DNA of 47,790 bases from NCBI RefSeq assembly GCF_001194135.2, contig NC_068985.1:115379548-115427337 (forward strand). The letters are read 5' to 3'. Below are positions 23,171 to 34,880 of this stretch, in pieces. How positions within the stretch are numbered: position 1 is the stretch's first letter; every line of letters starts with the position of its first letter. This stretch comes from Octopus bimaculoides (taxonomy: Eukaryota). A program made the position numbers and the translations under genes. The notes below the pieces were generated by a model. It saw only the letters and a program-made list of their open reading frames with translations, did not search any database and had not been told where the DNA came from.

Positions 23171-24058
23171 TGTTAAGACAAACTATACTATAGTAGATGT
23201 TGTTGGCACTCCGTCGCTTACGACGTCGAGGGTTCCAGTTGATCCGATCAACGGAACAGCCTGCTCGTGAAATTAACGTGCAAGTGGCTGAGCACTCCAC
23301 ATACACGTGTACCCTTAACGTAGTTCTCGGGGATATTCAGCGTGACACAGTGTGACAAGGCTGGCCCTTTGAAATACAGGTACAACAGAAACAGGANNNN
23401 NNNNNNACAGAAACAGGAAGTAAGAGTGAGAGAAAATTGTGGTGAAAGAGTACAGCAAGGTTCGCCACCATCCCCTGCCGGCGCCTCGTGGAGCTTTAAG
23501 TGTTTTCGCTCAATAGACACTCACAATGCCCGGTCTGGGAATCGAAACCGCGATCCTATGACCGCGAGTCCGCTGCCCTAACCACTGGGCCATTGCGCCT
23601 CCACACTATAGTAGATACCATGAGAGAAACTTTCATATTGGATTTTGATGCAAGATGTACCCTTGTTTATATAGCTTACGGGGAGATACATCCCTGCCAT
23701 CTTCAGAGCTGAGACCACCAGATCACGTCATTTCGAACTTGGCTAGAGACAGAAGCGACTCATCTCTCCGCTGGCGATGTATTGAGTAACAGCGCCAGAA
23801 GAGGCGCTGGTGTTGCGATTAGCCATTGTGCTTGGTAAAAATATATATTAGCGTCAGAAGTAGTATGAGTACCATGTGGAGACATTTGTCCCCATTTAAG
23901 CCTGGGTGTTTTGTTAGGACAAACAATACTACAGTAGTCACCGTGAGAAAAGCAGTCATATTGACTTTTGATGCAAAATACACTCGTGTTTATATCGCTA
24001 GCGAGGAGATGAGTTCCCGCCACTTCCAGAGCCGAGAGCACTCCGTCACGTGATTTTG
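23171..24058 (+). repeat. Old direct duplication of ~147 bp; first copy split by the SINE
   Basis: 23171-23198 joined to 23617-23735 aligns ungapped to 23912-24058 at ~75% identity (hand count). Confidence 0.8.
23199..23604 (-). mobile_element. Full-length tRNA-derived SINE (family B long variant) with a 12-bp TSD
   Basis: Head gtggaggcgcaatggcccagtggttagggcagcggactcgcgg...ggtttcgattccc; tail gacggagtgccaacaac. ACTATAGTAGAT occurs at both 23187-23198 and 23605-23616. Confidence 0.92.
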
Positions 24059-24059
24059 A

Positions 24060-24275
24060 TGAGTATGTATGTATGTATGTATGTATGTATGCATGCATGT
24101 ATACATGTATGCATGTATGCATTGATGTACGTACGCATGCATGCTTGCATGTGTGTATGTATGTATGAATGCATGTATGTATATATGTATGCATGTATAT
24201 ATGTATGTACGTAAGCATATATACATATATCTATATATGCATGAAAGTAAATATATATATATATATATATGCATA
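24060..24275. repeat. (GTAT)n/(GCAT)n degenerate microsatellite
   Basis: Read directly from the sequence. Confidence 0.9.
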
Positions 24276-24694
24276 GACATCCTCGCCTCACATATTTTAT
24301 ACACTGTGTAGAGGCGCTAATGACATTAGATATATAGTAATGTTTTTATATATCTAACCATTTAAATGTTTATCACTACAGTTTTTTTTTCTATAGAATT
24401 CAGAGCCAGCACAGAAAGATACGAAGTATCGTATTCGAATACGTTTATGAAAACAATGCGATCAAAGTCAGAAATAATAGGTAATGGGTAAAATGTTCAT
24501 ATACACCCGATACATACTTTTTCTATTTTTCTGTTTTCTGCACACATTGCTTTAAAAGCAACCTACATGATCAAGTGCCTGTACACAGCTGCCGTTGCCG
24601 GATCATATTTATATGAGTAATTATTTATAAAATAATTTATGTAACTGTATAAGTCTGAAAAGTCAGCAACATACAACAGTTATAACTGCACAGA

Positions 24695-25620
24695 AATTTC
24701 TCGCGAATCCTTTCTTTCGAATCTTCAATAGTCCGAAAGTGATGTCGGAAAACTTTTCCCTTTAGGTATCCCCAACGGAAAAAGTCACAAGGGCTTATAT
24801 CTGGTGAACTTGCCAGCCATCCCACGTCTCCTCTCAAAGAAATCAAATACTCAGTAAACTTTTCCGTCAATACTTCAAATGAATGTCGTGCAGTGTGAAC
24901 CGTGGCTCCGTCCTCTTGAAACCATAGATGCTTGGAATCCAAACCCGTCAGTTTAGGGTACATAAAGTTCTCCAGCATTTCAAGGTTGATAACCGTTACT
25001 GTTTTATCACATTCTTCAAAACAGTACGGGCCGATGACTCCAAAATTGGCAACTACACACCAAACAGTTACACGAAGACAATGAATCGGTCTTTCGTGGA
25101 GTTAATGAGGATTATGTTCAGCTTAGTAGCGAAATTTTGCTTGTTAATGTTTGCATTGTTATGGAAGTGCACCTCATTCGTATTCAGAAGAACAACTGCA
25201 GCAGGAACTTGTGCAAGAATATCCGCACATAGGGCTTTACGATTGTTATGATCTGTCTTGGTTAATTCTTGAAGTAACATCGTTTTGTAAGGTTGCAGTT
25301 TCGAATCAGCATGCAGAATCTTCCTAAAATTCAGCTAGATATCCCTAATGCAATGCTTACGAGCAGAATGCTTACGAGCAAAATGCTTACGAGCAGAATG
25401 CTTTAGCGATTGTTAAACAGATGCTGTCACTGTTGCCACATCTTCTGGAGTTCTAACGGTTCTAGATCTGCCAGAAAATTTTCTTTTCAATCTGATCCAG
25501 TTGTGTGAGGGTTAGAAATCCAAAGCAAAATCGTTTCCCAGTCTGGTACATATGCATTTCGACTAAGCGCAAAGTGTCTACGGAACACTCTCTGCATCAC
25601 TATTACAGATCGGTCGTTTC
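24695..25620 (-). pseudogene. Tc1/mariner transposase remnant with DD41D (rosa-type) spacing
   Basis: N-terminal HTH-like MQRVFRRHF...GRSRTVRTPEDV...SARKH; PYKTMLLQEL; NEVHFH (first D mutated to N); WFQEDGATVHTAR...SPDISPCDFFRWGYLKGKVF. There are 41 residues between the EDG and CDF aspartates. Stops and frameshifts present; no TIRs seen. Confidence 0.9.
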
Positions 25621-25724
25621 TATATTACGTTTGAGCAACAAAGCCACAATATTCACCTGTCAAATTGATGATGAGTTCTAAACGAGAAATAAATTTTTCG
25701 AGTAATGAATGATGAATACGAAAA

Positions 25725-26035
25725 TGGTAGGTCCTGTTTCGATCCATAGAAATCCTATAATCCTTAATCCGAGGTCTAGTGTGTTCCACAAGTTGATTGA
25801 TACATGCTCTTCTTGGCCTACCGAAACTTATATGTCCATGCGTGGGTTTCCAAGGAAGATCACGGCAAATTTTATTCTTCGGTAAAGTCCTGCACGACAT
25901 GTTCTTTCAATGCTTATCAAGGTCATAGTAGAAAGACTGCCCTACAGTTGTTACTTTGCAGGATATATCTGCTAAGAAATGTCTAGAAATCTACGAAGTA
26001 ATCTTACATATGTATTGTCAAGCTACTTTACAAAT
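25725..26035 (-). pseudogene. RTE-clade LINE ORF C-terminal fragment
   Basis: LDNTYVRLLRRFLDIS* then LPWKPTHGHISFGRPRRACINQLVEHT...SMDR, matching the RTE pattern LDGTYTRMLR...LW.P.HG.R.RGRP..TYI.QL. Confidence 0.75.
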
Positions 26036-26046
26036 CTCTTGTTCAT

Positions 26047-26210
26047 CACTAGCATAGCTAGAGGGGCGTAGGAGGATGGTCCGCTCCTGGCGGCACTGTT
26101 ATTGAGGAAGCATCACTTTTGGTTCTGCTGTAGGTAATATGTATTCTTTGTGAAAGCCGGGGGGGGGGCAGTAAAATGAAGTGCCACCCCAGGCGGCACA
26201 CACTCATACT
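26047..26210. mobile_element. Short GC-rich MITE-like element (PIF/Harbinger-like terminus, tentative)
   Basis: The start cactagcatagctagagggg resembles CAGTGGCGTAGCTAG-type TIRs. Internal inverted pair cctggcggcact (26086-26097) / agtgccaccccagg (26180-26193). The right TIR is not evident. Confidence 0.4.
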
Positions 26211-26344
26211 GAAGATCCATAGATAAATAATGATTCAACTATTGATTTGAATAAACACCGCTTCATATTTTCAGCATGTAAAATGGATATAACTGAAAAG
26301 AAAAAAAGTTTGGTAAATTTTGTGCAGATTCTATTCGTGAAATA

Positions 26345-26900
26345 TGCGCGTGTGTTAACCGTGTAGTTAAGAAGTTCGCTAAGAAACTAAATGATTTGGG
26401 GTTCGGTTACATGACACGTGACCTCGGGTGAATATTGCCCTATGAGTCAATTTAAAAGATGGAAACTGTGTTGAATCTTATCGCATATATACGTATATGT
26501 GTGTGTATGTGTGTGCGTGATGTGTTTGTGTTTGCATGTGTCTGTGTTTGTGATTATACCTTTGTTTTTATTGCCCACAGGGGGCTAAACATAGAGTGAA
26601 CAAACAAGGGATTAAGTCGATTACATCGAACCCGGTGCGTAACTGGTACTTATATGATTGACCCCGAAAGGATGAAAGGTAAAGTCGACTTCGGCGGAAT
26701 TTGAACTCAGAACGCAACGAAATACTCCTAAGCATTTCACCCGGCGTGCTAACGATTCTGCCAGCTCGCCGCCCTAACGTGTAAAGTTTGTGTTTATACC
26801 CTCACCGCTTCATAGTCAGAATTGGTTTGTTTACGTCCTCGTAACTTAACTGTTCGGCAAATGGGTCTGAAAGAATAGTTAAAAAAACAAGTACCGTCAT
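26345..26900 (+). mobile_element. Old SINE family A copy interrupted by a family C insertion
   Basis: Head at 26345-26480, TG tract, then tail at 26776-26880 (gtttacgtcctcgtaacttaactgttcggcaaa). Confidence 0.65.
26565..26775 (-). mobile_element. SINE family C (well preserved), nested antisense in family A
   Basis: ccccgaaaggatgaaaggtaaagtcgacttcggcggaatttgaactcagaacg...gattctgccagctcgccgccct. Confidence 0.9.
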
Positions 26901-27089
26901 AAAACTCATCCAGTTAATTTGAAATATCATGTGTTGGTCATTAATGACAGGACTGCATTTTGTGAATAGAGCTAGCATTAGTTTTTGTGTGTTTCATACA
27001 ACTTTATTTCTCTTGAGCCTGATTCAAGTAACGTCTACCAGTTCGCCTTAATCAGTCCATGTCAGTATTTTTCTGGTTACATAATTACT

Positions 27090-27520
27090 CACATGCAGAC
27101 ATGCATGCATACATAGATACATACCTATCTACCTACCTACATACATACATACATACATACATACATACATACAAATATACATGCATACATAAATATATAC
27201 ATACATACGTGCATACATGCATACATGCATACATACGTACATATATACCTACGTACATACATTCANNNNNNNNNNNNNNNNNNNNNNNNNNNNNNNNNNN
27301 NTACTTACATACATACATACACACATGCAATATACATACGTACATGCATGCTTACATGAATAGATACCTATTTGCATACATATATATATATATACATATA
27401 GGCACATAATACTTAAATAAACACATACATACGTGCATGCTTATATGCATAAATATATACATGCATACATACATAGATGCATGCACATATGCATACATGC
27501 ATACATACATACGTACATGT
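27090..27520. repeat. (TACA)n/(TGCA)n degenerate microsatellite
   Basis: Read directly; contains gap 27266-27301. Confidence 0.9.
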
Positions 27521-27984
27521 TTGCTCTCAGCTCGTAGGCGAGTATAATAAACCTTATCCGAGATGTTAAAGACAATGGCTGTCAGTAATGCCCATGCTGA
27601 AATGTTATGTCAATAACAACTTGCACAACACTGCTAAGACTTTCACATTCAAAGGCGAGAAGTTCAGAAACGGAGGAGAGCAACGCCTCAAGGAGGTTGT
27701 TGTTTCGGAATTTCTTTCTCCTAACGACCTATCTAATCAAAGACTAGGCTCTCTCACTCCCAGCTGATAGAAGGTTTTTGACTGTGCTGGAATTTATCCT
27801 TCCTTTGACAGGTTTTGTTTTTAATCATGTAGGTCATCGAACGAAGTCTACCCTTCATACCAAGAAAAATTGATAGGGTTGTCAATTTAGTTCCCGTAAC
27901 CCGACCATTTGACCACGTGTACTGGGCTACACGTTATCAGTATCACAAAGAGTGATGTTCCATAACATACATACATACATACGC

Positions 27985-28137
27985 CGTTTATCTTGATATT
28001 TGATCACCATGTCGCGCACATCTGGTTGTGATGCATTTGCCTGGTGTACCCTTATCAGACGGGTAGTCACAATGGGTATAATGGGCTTCGTATATTTTAC
28101 CCCAGTGTCACTTTTATGGCATGCACTGCTCTCTCAT
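27985..28137 (+). mobile_element. Short copy of the retroposon 3' tail seen at 18115-18660
   Basis: Direct similarity to ~18505-18655; flanked by (TACA)n on both sides. Confidence 0.7.
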
Positions 28138-29884
28138 ACATACATACATACATATATACATACATACATACATATATAGGCAACACTTTGTTCATGTTGA
28201 AAATGTGAATATGCTTCTTTTGTTTTTTACATGCAAACGATGGGGTTTCGAGCCTTTATTAGAAACTGGCTCCATCCTTACTGGAAGTATTCATGTATTT
28301 AAAAATAGAATAGAACGCACACACACAACCACTAAACGCACGCACATTTAAAATTCGACTGGGTTTGGTAAAGCAATCATGTTTCGAATCGGGATCGATA
28401 TTCCCTATAGCTAACTGTCTCTTCCCTACACATTTTTATCTTTGTATCCATCCTTATGCTAATTTCACAAGTAATGATACGCTTGCATTATGTTAGTGCT
28501 GTAGATAGACATATGTTGGTAGAGCGGAAAATTAATCCTGATTTATCTAATACCTCTCTTACATAAATAGTTATTGTTTGGATTACATGTGTCATAGACA
28601 GCTCTTGAAGCTATTTAAAACGAAACTGGAATTTAGTATAACGCGGTAGCCATAGAAATGTTATTGCTTGATAGCAATAACGATTACACTACTGTCTAAA
28701 CAAGCTACAGAAACAGCACAAGCATATACAACGAAAAAAAAACAAACAAACAAGAGAATGAATCAAATGCAATAAGAAAAAAAAATCATTACGAAGAACC
28801 AACCAAAAAGATAACAACATGAAAATTCATACAAATGCAAAATACAAAAAAAAAACACCCAACAAAATACACAAAAAAATAGCAATACAAAATATATTAC
28901 ATACTGCGGGTGTTTCACAAAAGAGTGTTTACAACATACATGCTACATACAAGATACTCTCTCTTCCTCTCTGTCCCCCTTATAAATCATATTGGTACAC
29001 AATAGTTAGATTCTTCTACTGAACATCATAACAGTTATTCCCAATACTAAATTTGCCTACATGCACAAATGCTCACCAATAGATAATAAAAATGTAAAAG
29101 AGAACACTAGTATATACTGTTTCATCGGCTTCTATTCCATTTATTGCCTTTCCTATTGTAAATATAGTTTATTTATGTTTTTATTTCGCTTATTCTTGGT
29201 TCTGTTGTAGGTATTTTTGTTGTTGTTGTTGTTGCTTTTATTGTTGTAGTTGTTGGTGTCTGTTAAAAATTTTATTTTCTCTATTTTGTGTGTCACCATT
29301 TTTATATTGTTTTTGTTTCGGTTCGTTTTGTGTTTATTATTCACTGAACTTGTTGAGTGAAAAAAAAAACGTAAAGAGAAAAATTGTTGGGGCAGTTAGA
29401 AGATATTTTCTGCGTAAAGTCAACCGCGAAATAAACCATTATGTTTTGACAGCGACCCTAAAGCTAGATAGTATACAAAACCAATGATCCATCTAACGAA
29501 ACTATCCTTCATTACCGCAAGTACTAAACATAACAATTACCGCCGCCGCCGCCGCCACCGCTACCACCACCTACACTGACACTGTTACCGCTACCATAGT
29601 CCCACCCACACAACAGTCGACCATTACCATCCAACCACCAAATGAATAACAAACACTGGCATTAACACTACTAGTACCACCATCTTGATCCTGACGACCA
29701 CAGACACGGCACAGCTATCGAAACGAAGCATGGATGTGTACATATGACATATAATATGTATACATGCATATATGTATGTATGTGTATTTACTTATGTATC
29801 GTGTAAGAAAATATATATATGGCGGTGCCCTAGTATGGCTACAGCCTTAAGGCTGAAATATATAAAAGAACAAAAAAATACACT

Positions 29885-30672
29885 GGTGCAAACGCAGCTG
29901 TGTAGGTATTTCCCAACCACATGGTTCCGGTTCAGTCCCACTGCGTAGTGCCTTGGACAAGTGTTCTCTACTATAGTATCGAGCCGAGCAAAGCCTTGTG
30001 AGTGGATTTGGTAGACGGAAACTGATAAAAGCCCGTCGTATATATATATATATATATATATNNNNNNNNNNNNNNNNNNNNNNNNNNNNNNNNNNNNNNN
30101 NNNNNNNNNNNNNNNNNNNNNNNNNNNNNNNNNNNNNNNNNNNNNNNNNNNNNNNNNNNNNNNNNNNNNNNNNNNNNNNNNNNNNNNNNNNNNNNNNNNN
30201 NNNNNNNNNNNNNNNNNNNNNNNNNNNNNNNNNNNNNNNNNNNNNNNNNNNNNNNNNNNNNNNNNNNNNNNNNNNNNNNNNNNNNNNNNNNNNNNNNNNN
30301 NNNNNNNNNNNNNNNNNNNNNNNNNNNNNNNNNNNNNNNNNNNNNNNNNNNNNNNNNNNNNNNNNNNNNNNNNNNNNNNNNNNNNNNNNNNNNNNNNNNN
30401 NNNNNNNNNNNNNNNNNNNNNNNNNNNNNNNNNNNNNNNNNNNNNNNNNNNNNNNNNNNNNNNNNNNNNNNNNNNNNNNNNNNNNNNNNNNNNNNNNNNG
30501 ACAACCGCTATTGGTGTATTTAAGGCCTCGTAACTTATCGGTTTGGCAAAAACGAACGATAACATAAGTACCGGGTTTAACAAAATAGTACTGGGGTCGA
30601 TTCATTCAGGAAAAATGTTCTTCAACACTGCGGCTGCATGGCCGCAGTCTAGTAACTAAAACGAATAAAATG
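29885..30672 (+). mobile_element. SINE family A, full span with gap 30062-30499 in the internal (TA)n
   Basis: The head ends aaagcccgtcgtatata at the gap edge. The tail resumes gacaaccgctattggtgt and ends gcatggccgcagtctagtaactaaaacgaataaaa. Confidence 0.85.
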
Positions 30673-30704
30673 TAAAAGATATATATTTATATGTACGAGG
30701 GCGC

Positions 30705-30900
30705 ATGGCCTACGGGTTACAGTGTTGCAGTATGGACCAACTGATGTGTTGTGTCCTAATGGAAAACACCTCATCTGACGTTGCTCTGCACCTGTACAGT
30801 CAATATCGATTTGATGGAGGGAATGAGCTAATGTAAAGTGCAAACATTCGATCCCTATAAACAAATCATTTGTGCAGATTGGTCAGCAAGAAACTGCAGA
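30705..30900 (+). mobile_element. tRNA-derived SINE family E
   Basis: Head gagggcgcatggcctacgggttacag. Body gcacctgt.cag..aa..tcgatttgat.gag and aaatcatttgtgcag is shared with 41790-41985. Confidence 0.6.
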
Positions 30901-30934
30901 AACATCTGTCTTGGACAACACCCTAAATACTATG

Positions 30935-31110
30935 CATGTGGCCTAGAGTTTAGGGTGCTGCGCTCGCTTTCGTAAAATCTTGTTTTCTATTCCCAGATCT
31001 GTCACACGTTTTTCACGTTACTCCAGTCTGCTCAATTGCAAATGGGAAATCCCTGTGACGGGTTGGCTACCAGATTAGGGGTAACGTTGGCCCGCCAATC
31101 TCGAGAAGTG
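30935..31110 (+). mobile_element. Decayed tRNA-SINE, possibly with a V-domain-like core
   Basis: ttcacgttactccagtctgctcaa resembles the family B body. gggaaatccctgtgacgggttggc loosely resembles the V-SINE domain. Confidence 0.35.
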
Positions 31111-31187
31111 GCATCATTTCAAGACTAAAACCATGTGAGGAAGCGCGTAGCAACATCTGATACTCTGGTCGACACAGTGATGCAGTG

Positions 31188-31242
<55 letters not shown>

Positions 31243-31809
31243 CACGTATATTCCTATATAATCAGACACATTTAGTATTACACATAGCTGTATGTTAAAT
31301 AAGCTTGCCTGAAAACCACATAGGGGGGTGAGATAACATTCTATTCTGCTGCAGTTTAATTTCGGGTTCACCAGTCTCTGGAGTAGAATTTCATGCAAAG
31401 AAACGATAGAAATTTGTCATGTGAGTCTATTCATGTCTGTTTGTGCGTGTATATGTGTGTGTGTGTGTGTGAGTGCGTGTGTGAGTGTATGTACGTGTGT
31501 AAGTGTGTGTGAGTGCGTGTGTGTGTACGGGGGTATATGTGCGTGTGTTTGTGTGTGTGTGCGCGCGCGTACAGGGGATGGGTTTGAAACCGATATTTTC
31601 ATGCTTTTACCAGGTTGGGTCAAAGGTTCTTTTTTTCTATTACATTTCAAACATTAAATAATGGTTCAAACAAAATACACACGTAAAGAATCTTTCCATC
31701 AAACTATATACCCTCGTATTCTATTATCTGATATCAAAGGTTCAGTTCCATGCTTATAGCATTTGGTTTATTTCCAGGCAAACAACTCCCTGCACACATA
31801 CACACATAC

Positions 31810-31975
31810 ACACGACAGGCTTCCACACAGTTTCTGTCTACCAAATCAACTCACATGCCGTTAGTCGGCCCATGGCTACTGTAGAAGATACTTTTCCAAG
31901 CTGTCGTATAATGAGACTGAACTTGAAAGCAATTGGACGGAAAGCGAGATTCTTAGCCACACAGCAATACCTACA
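31810..31975 (-). mobile_element. SINE family A, head/body half
   Basis: cgacaggcttccacacagtttctgtctaccaaatc...cttagccacacagc. Confidence 0.8.
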
Positions 31976-34209
31976 TTTAAAGAAACGTTTATCACTGGCC
32001 AGTATGACGCGAACCAACGGTATGTGCGTTATTACTAAGACACTCTAAGCATCTGAGATATTAACGTATACTACCAGGACCCATGAATATTTTAGGGAAT
32101 TAATGGTAAATCTATTCGGTTATTTCTGAAAACTTTATCCAAAAACACCTGAAAACGTAGCCTGTGTTGTGTCTGTATGGAAAAATAGTCGCTCATCTCC
32201 TACTCATTGAAGTGAAAGAAATTGGAATACGATGAATACTTAATGCATTTTATATATTATACACTTTATATAATTTATGCACGATTTTACAGACTTAATA
32301 CATAGCACTCATAAAATAAATATTCACTCTTATTTTTCCATTCCCCCATAAAGAAACAAAAAAATCCTGTACATATGATACAACCTTTAGTTAAATTGCA
32401 TATAACTGCCACGTTAAGAAGCGTGAATTATGCGCATGTGTTAAGTGATAGGTGATATAAAAATCTTTCTTCAATTTTTAAAAAAATACACTTTTCCCTA
32501 TGCACTCACCACCACACTTACCACCACCACCACCACCACCATCGTCATCTCTCTCTCTCTTTCACTCCCCTCTCTCTCTCTCTCTTCCCTCTCTCTGTGT
32601 CATTCTTTAACCTTATCATCAGAGTATCACCGCTCTGCTAACATTATATTTTTACCTCTCTCCTATATCATAACTAACTTCAACTAACTTTTCTAACCAC
32701 GTAATAAATATTAAGTTCCCCTTACCTCACGTCATGGACGCTTTTCTCTCCCTCTTTCTCTCCCAGTCTTCGCCTTATATTCTTTTTTCTCTCTCTCTCG
32801 CTTTTATGTCTCTCTCCGTTCCTCTAATCACGTGAAAGTGTTACCGACGGGCTAAGAAACCTAATGACAAGCATAATTATTATAAGATGACGTAAGATAC
32901 TTAAGAAGCTTAAAAAGAAGAGACAGGAATTATATACTCGCCACAGGACACTAACCTTTGAATCCAATCGACCAGGCTTGTAAACTCCACTCAAATTTGT
33001 ATTCATTAAATGTCTGTACACCAGATGTAATGCTTCTCTTTGCTATCACACGAGTCCTTCGATAATTCATTCCACTTAACATCTAGGTTGTGCAAAGACC
33101 ATTGAATGTTTTTTTTTTTTCATTAAACCATTAACAAAATTTTTACATACGAAATTCTCACTGATAATGATAGGAGTATAGGATACTAGAAAATGGATGC
33201 AAATAATAAATATCCTGGAAACAGCTGTAAGACCTTCTATTTATAAATGTCCTAAAATATACACAGCCTTCGTCTTCTATCTCATTACGAAAAGTAAATC
33301 CTTATATGCACACGCTGATATATGACATACGCTGGACCTCTTATTCGCATAATCACTGAACCTGGCGCTTAACTATGGCCTATCCATAACACTTACTCAG
33401 CATTACCTGAAACCTCTAGGTCTAATTCATATCACTATCACTCATAACCTGCTATATATNNNNNNNNNNNNNNNNNNNNNNNNNNNNNNNNNNNNNNNNN
33501 NNNNNNNNNNNNNNNNNNNNNNNNNNNNNNNNNNNNNNNNNNNNNNNNNNNNNNNNNNNNNNNNNNNNNNNNNNNNNNNNNNNNNNNNNNNNNNNNNNNN
33601 NNNNNNNNNNNNNNNNNNNNNNNNNNNNNNNNNNNNNNNNNNNNNNNNNNNNNNNNNNNNNNNNNNNNNNNNNNNNNNNNNNNNNNNNNNNNNNNNNNNN
33701 NNNNNNNNNNNNNNNNNNNNNNNNNNNNNNNNNNNNNNNNNNNNNNNNNNNNNNNNNNNNNNNNNNNNNNNNNNNNNNNNNNNNNNNNNNNNNNNNNNNN
33801 NNNNNNNNNNNNNNNNNNNNNNNNNNNNNNNNNNNNNNNNNNNNNNNNNNNNNNNNNNNNNNNNNNNNNNNNNNNNNNNNNNNNNNNNNNNNNNNNNNNN
33901 NNNNNNNNNNNNNNNNNNNNNNNNNNNNNNNNNNNNNNNNNNNNNNNNNNATATAGTACAATACATTTATATTGAAACGTGTTATGGGAAAGTGCAGCAT
34001 TGATGACAAAACATTTGTGGAGGAAATGATGGGCTAATTCGACTAAGCAACATGTTATGCGTCCGTTTGGAGTATTTCAGGACCTAACCGGTCATGGAAA
34101 ATTGGGTTGGATGTTATGTGATTTTTTAATCGCAACAAAACGCTGTAAGTGGATAGACTATTTTCGCAGCAGTCGGCGCTGTGTCTAACACGACGCATCA
34201 TCTGAAATT

Positions 34210-34880
34210 TTGAGACCTCCTTCGGGTCATAAAATAATTTTGGAGGAAATGTGGTTGTTTAACAAGGAATCAATGAGGTGATGGACCTGCCCTTGAACTT
34301 TGACGTCGGCGTAAATTCTTGTTTAACTATCTTCTTAGATGCAGTAAACGATGTCATTTGAAATGCAGAGTTGTATTGTCTGATATTGTTCAGAAAATCC
34401 TTTGCTTCGATAGAAGTGCTTTTTAGAAGATCCCTAAGAGTTTGAGAAGGAGCTGGTAGTGCAAGCCATATTACCTGACCACCTAAGTGCCATATGCCAT
34501 TTGTTTCATTTGAAAATTTAAAACCTATAGAGAAACGATAATTTGTGTTTAGCACACCAGTTTGGACAGGGTTGTGATTTTTATAAGAATGGGATAGATC
34601 ATATTCAAAAAGAGCTTCAGGAGTTGGGAAGAAAGAATTCGTACATTGTCTGTTTCTGAGAGCTATTCTATTGGACCTTTGTCTAATCATTAAAACATTG
34701 ATTTAATGATCCATTATTAAGTGCTGCATCTAACGTGCTGTAGCATACCTTTGCTGATCTTGAGAAAAACTCATCTCGCTTCTTTCTTCAAACTCTCGCT
34801 TTCGGTTTTCCACAATCCTCCTTGTTTCATACTTGTTTCTGGAGAGATTACGTCTTTTCTTTGGTGGCATATTTTTTTCA
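34210..34880 (-). pseudogene. Helitron Rep-helicase N-terminal remnant
   Basis: EALFEYD...KFSNETNG...LPAPSQTLRDLL...KDFLNNIRQYNSAFQMTSF, then across frameshifts QGQVHHLIDSLL and KQPHFLQNYFM. This matches the Helitron pattern FL.NIR.YNSAFQMTSF...QGQ.YH.IGSLLP...P.FLQIYF. A charged repeat-like segment lies upstream (34700-34880, weaker). Confidence 0.85.

Noticed and set aside
23793-23812. CTCF-like motif ccagaagaggcgct
   Set aside because: One base short of the core spacing; better explained as a small hairpin.
27588-27767. 59-codon ORF MPMLKCY...KTFTFKGEKFRNGGEQRLKEVVVSEF
   Set aside because: No recognisable domain or splice signals; expected by chance.
29535-29700. GC-rich (GCC)n/(ACC)n patch resembling a coding or CpG-island segment
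   Set aside because: Short degenerate trinucleotide repeat with no sustained ORF.
32900-33100. Possible CR1/L2 3' end on the minus strand (VKWNELSKD)
   Set aside because: A single weak motif; the neighbouring residues do not fit.
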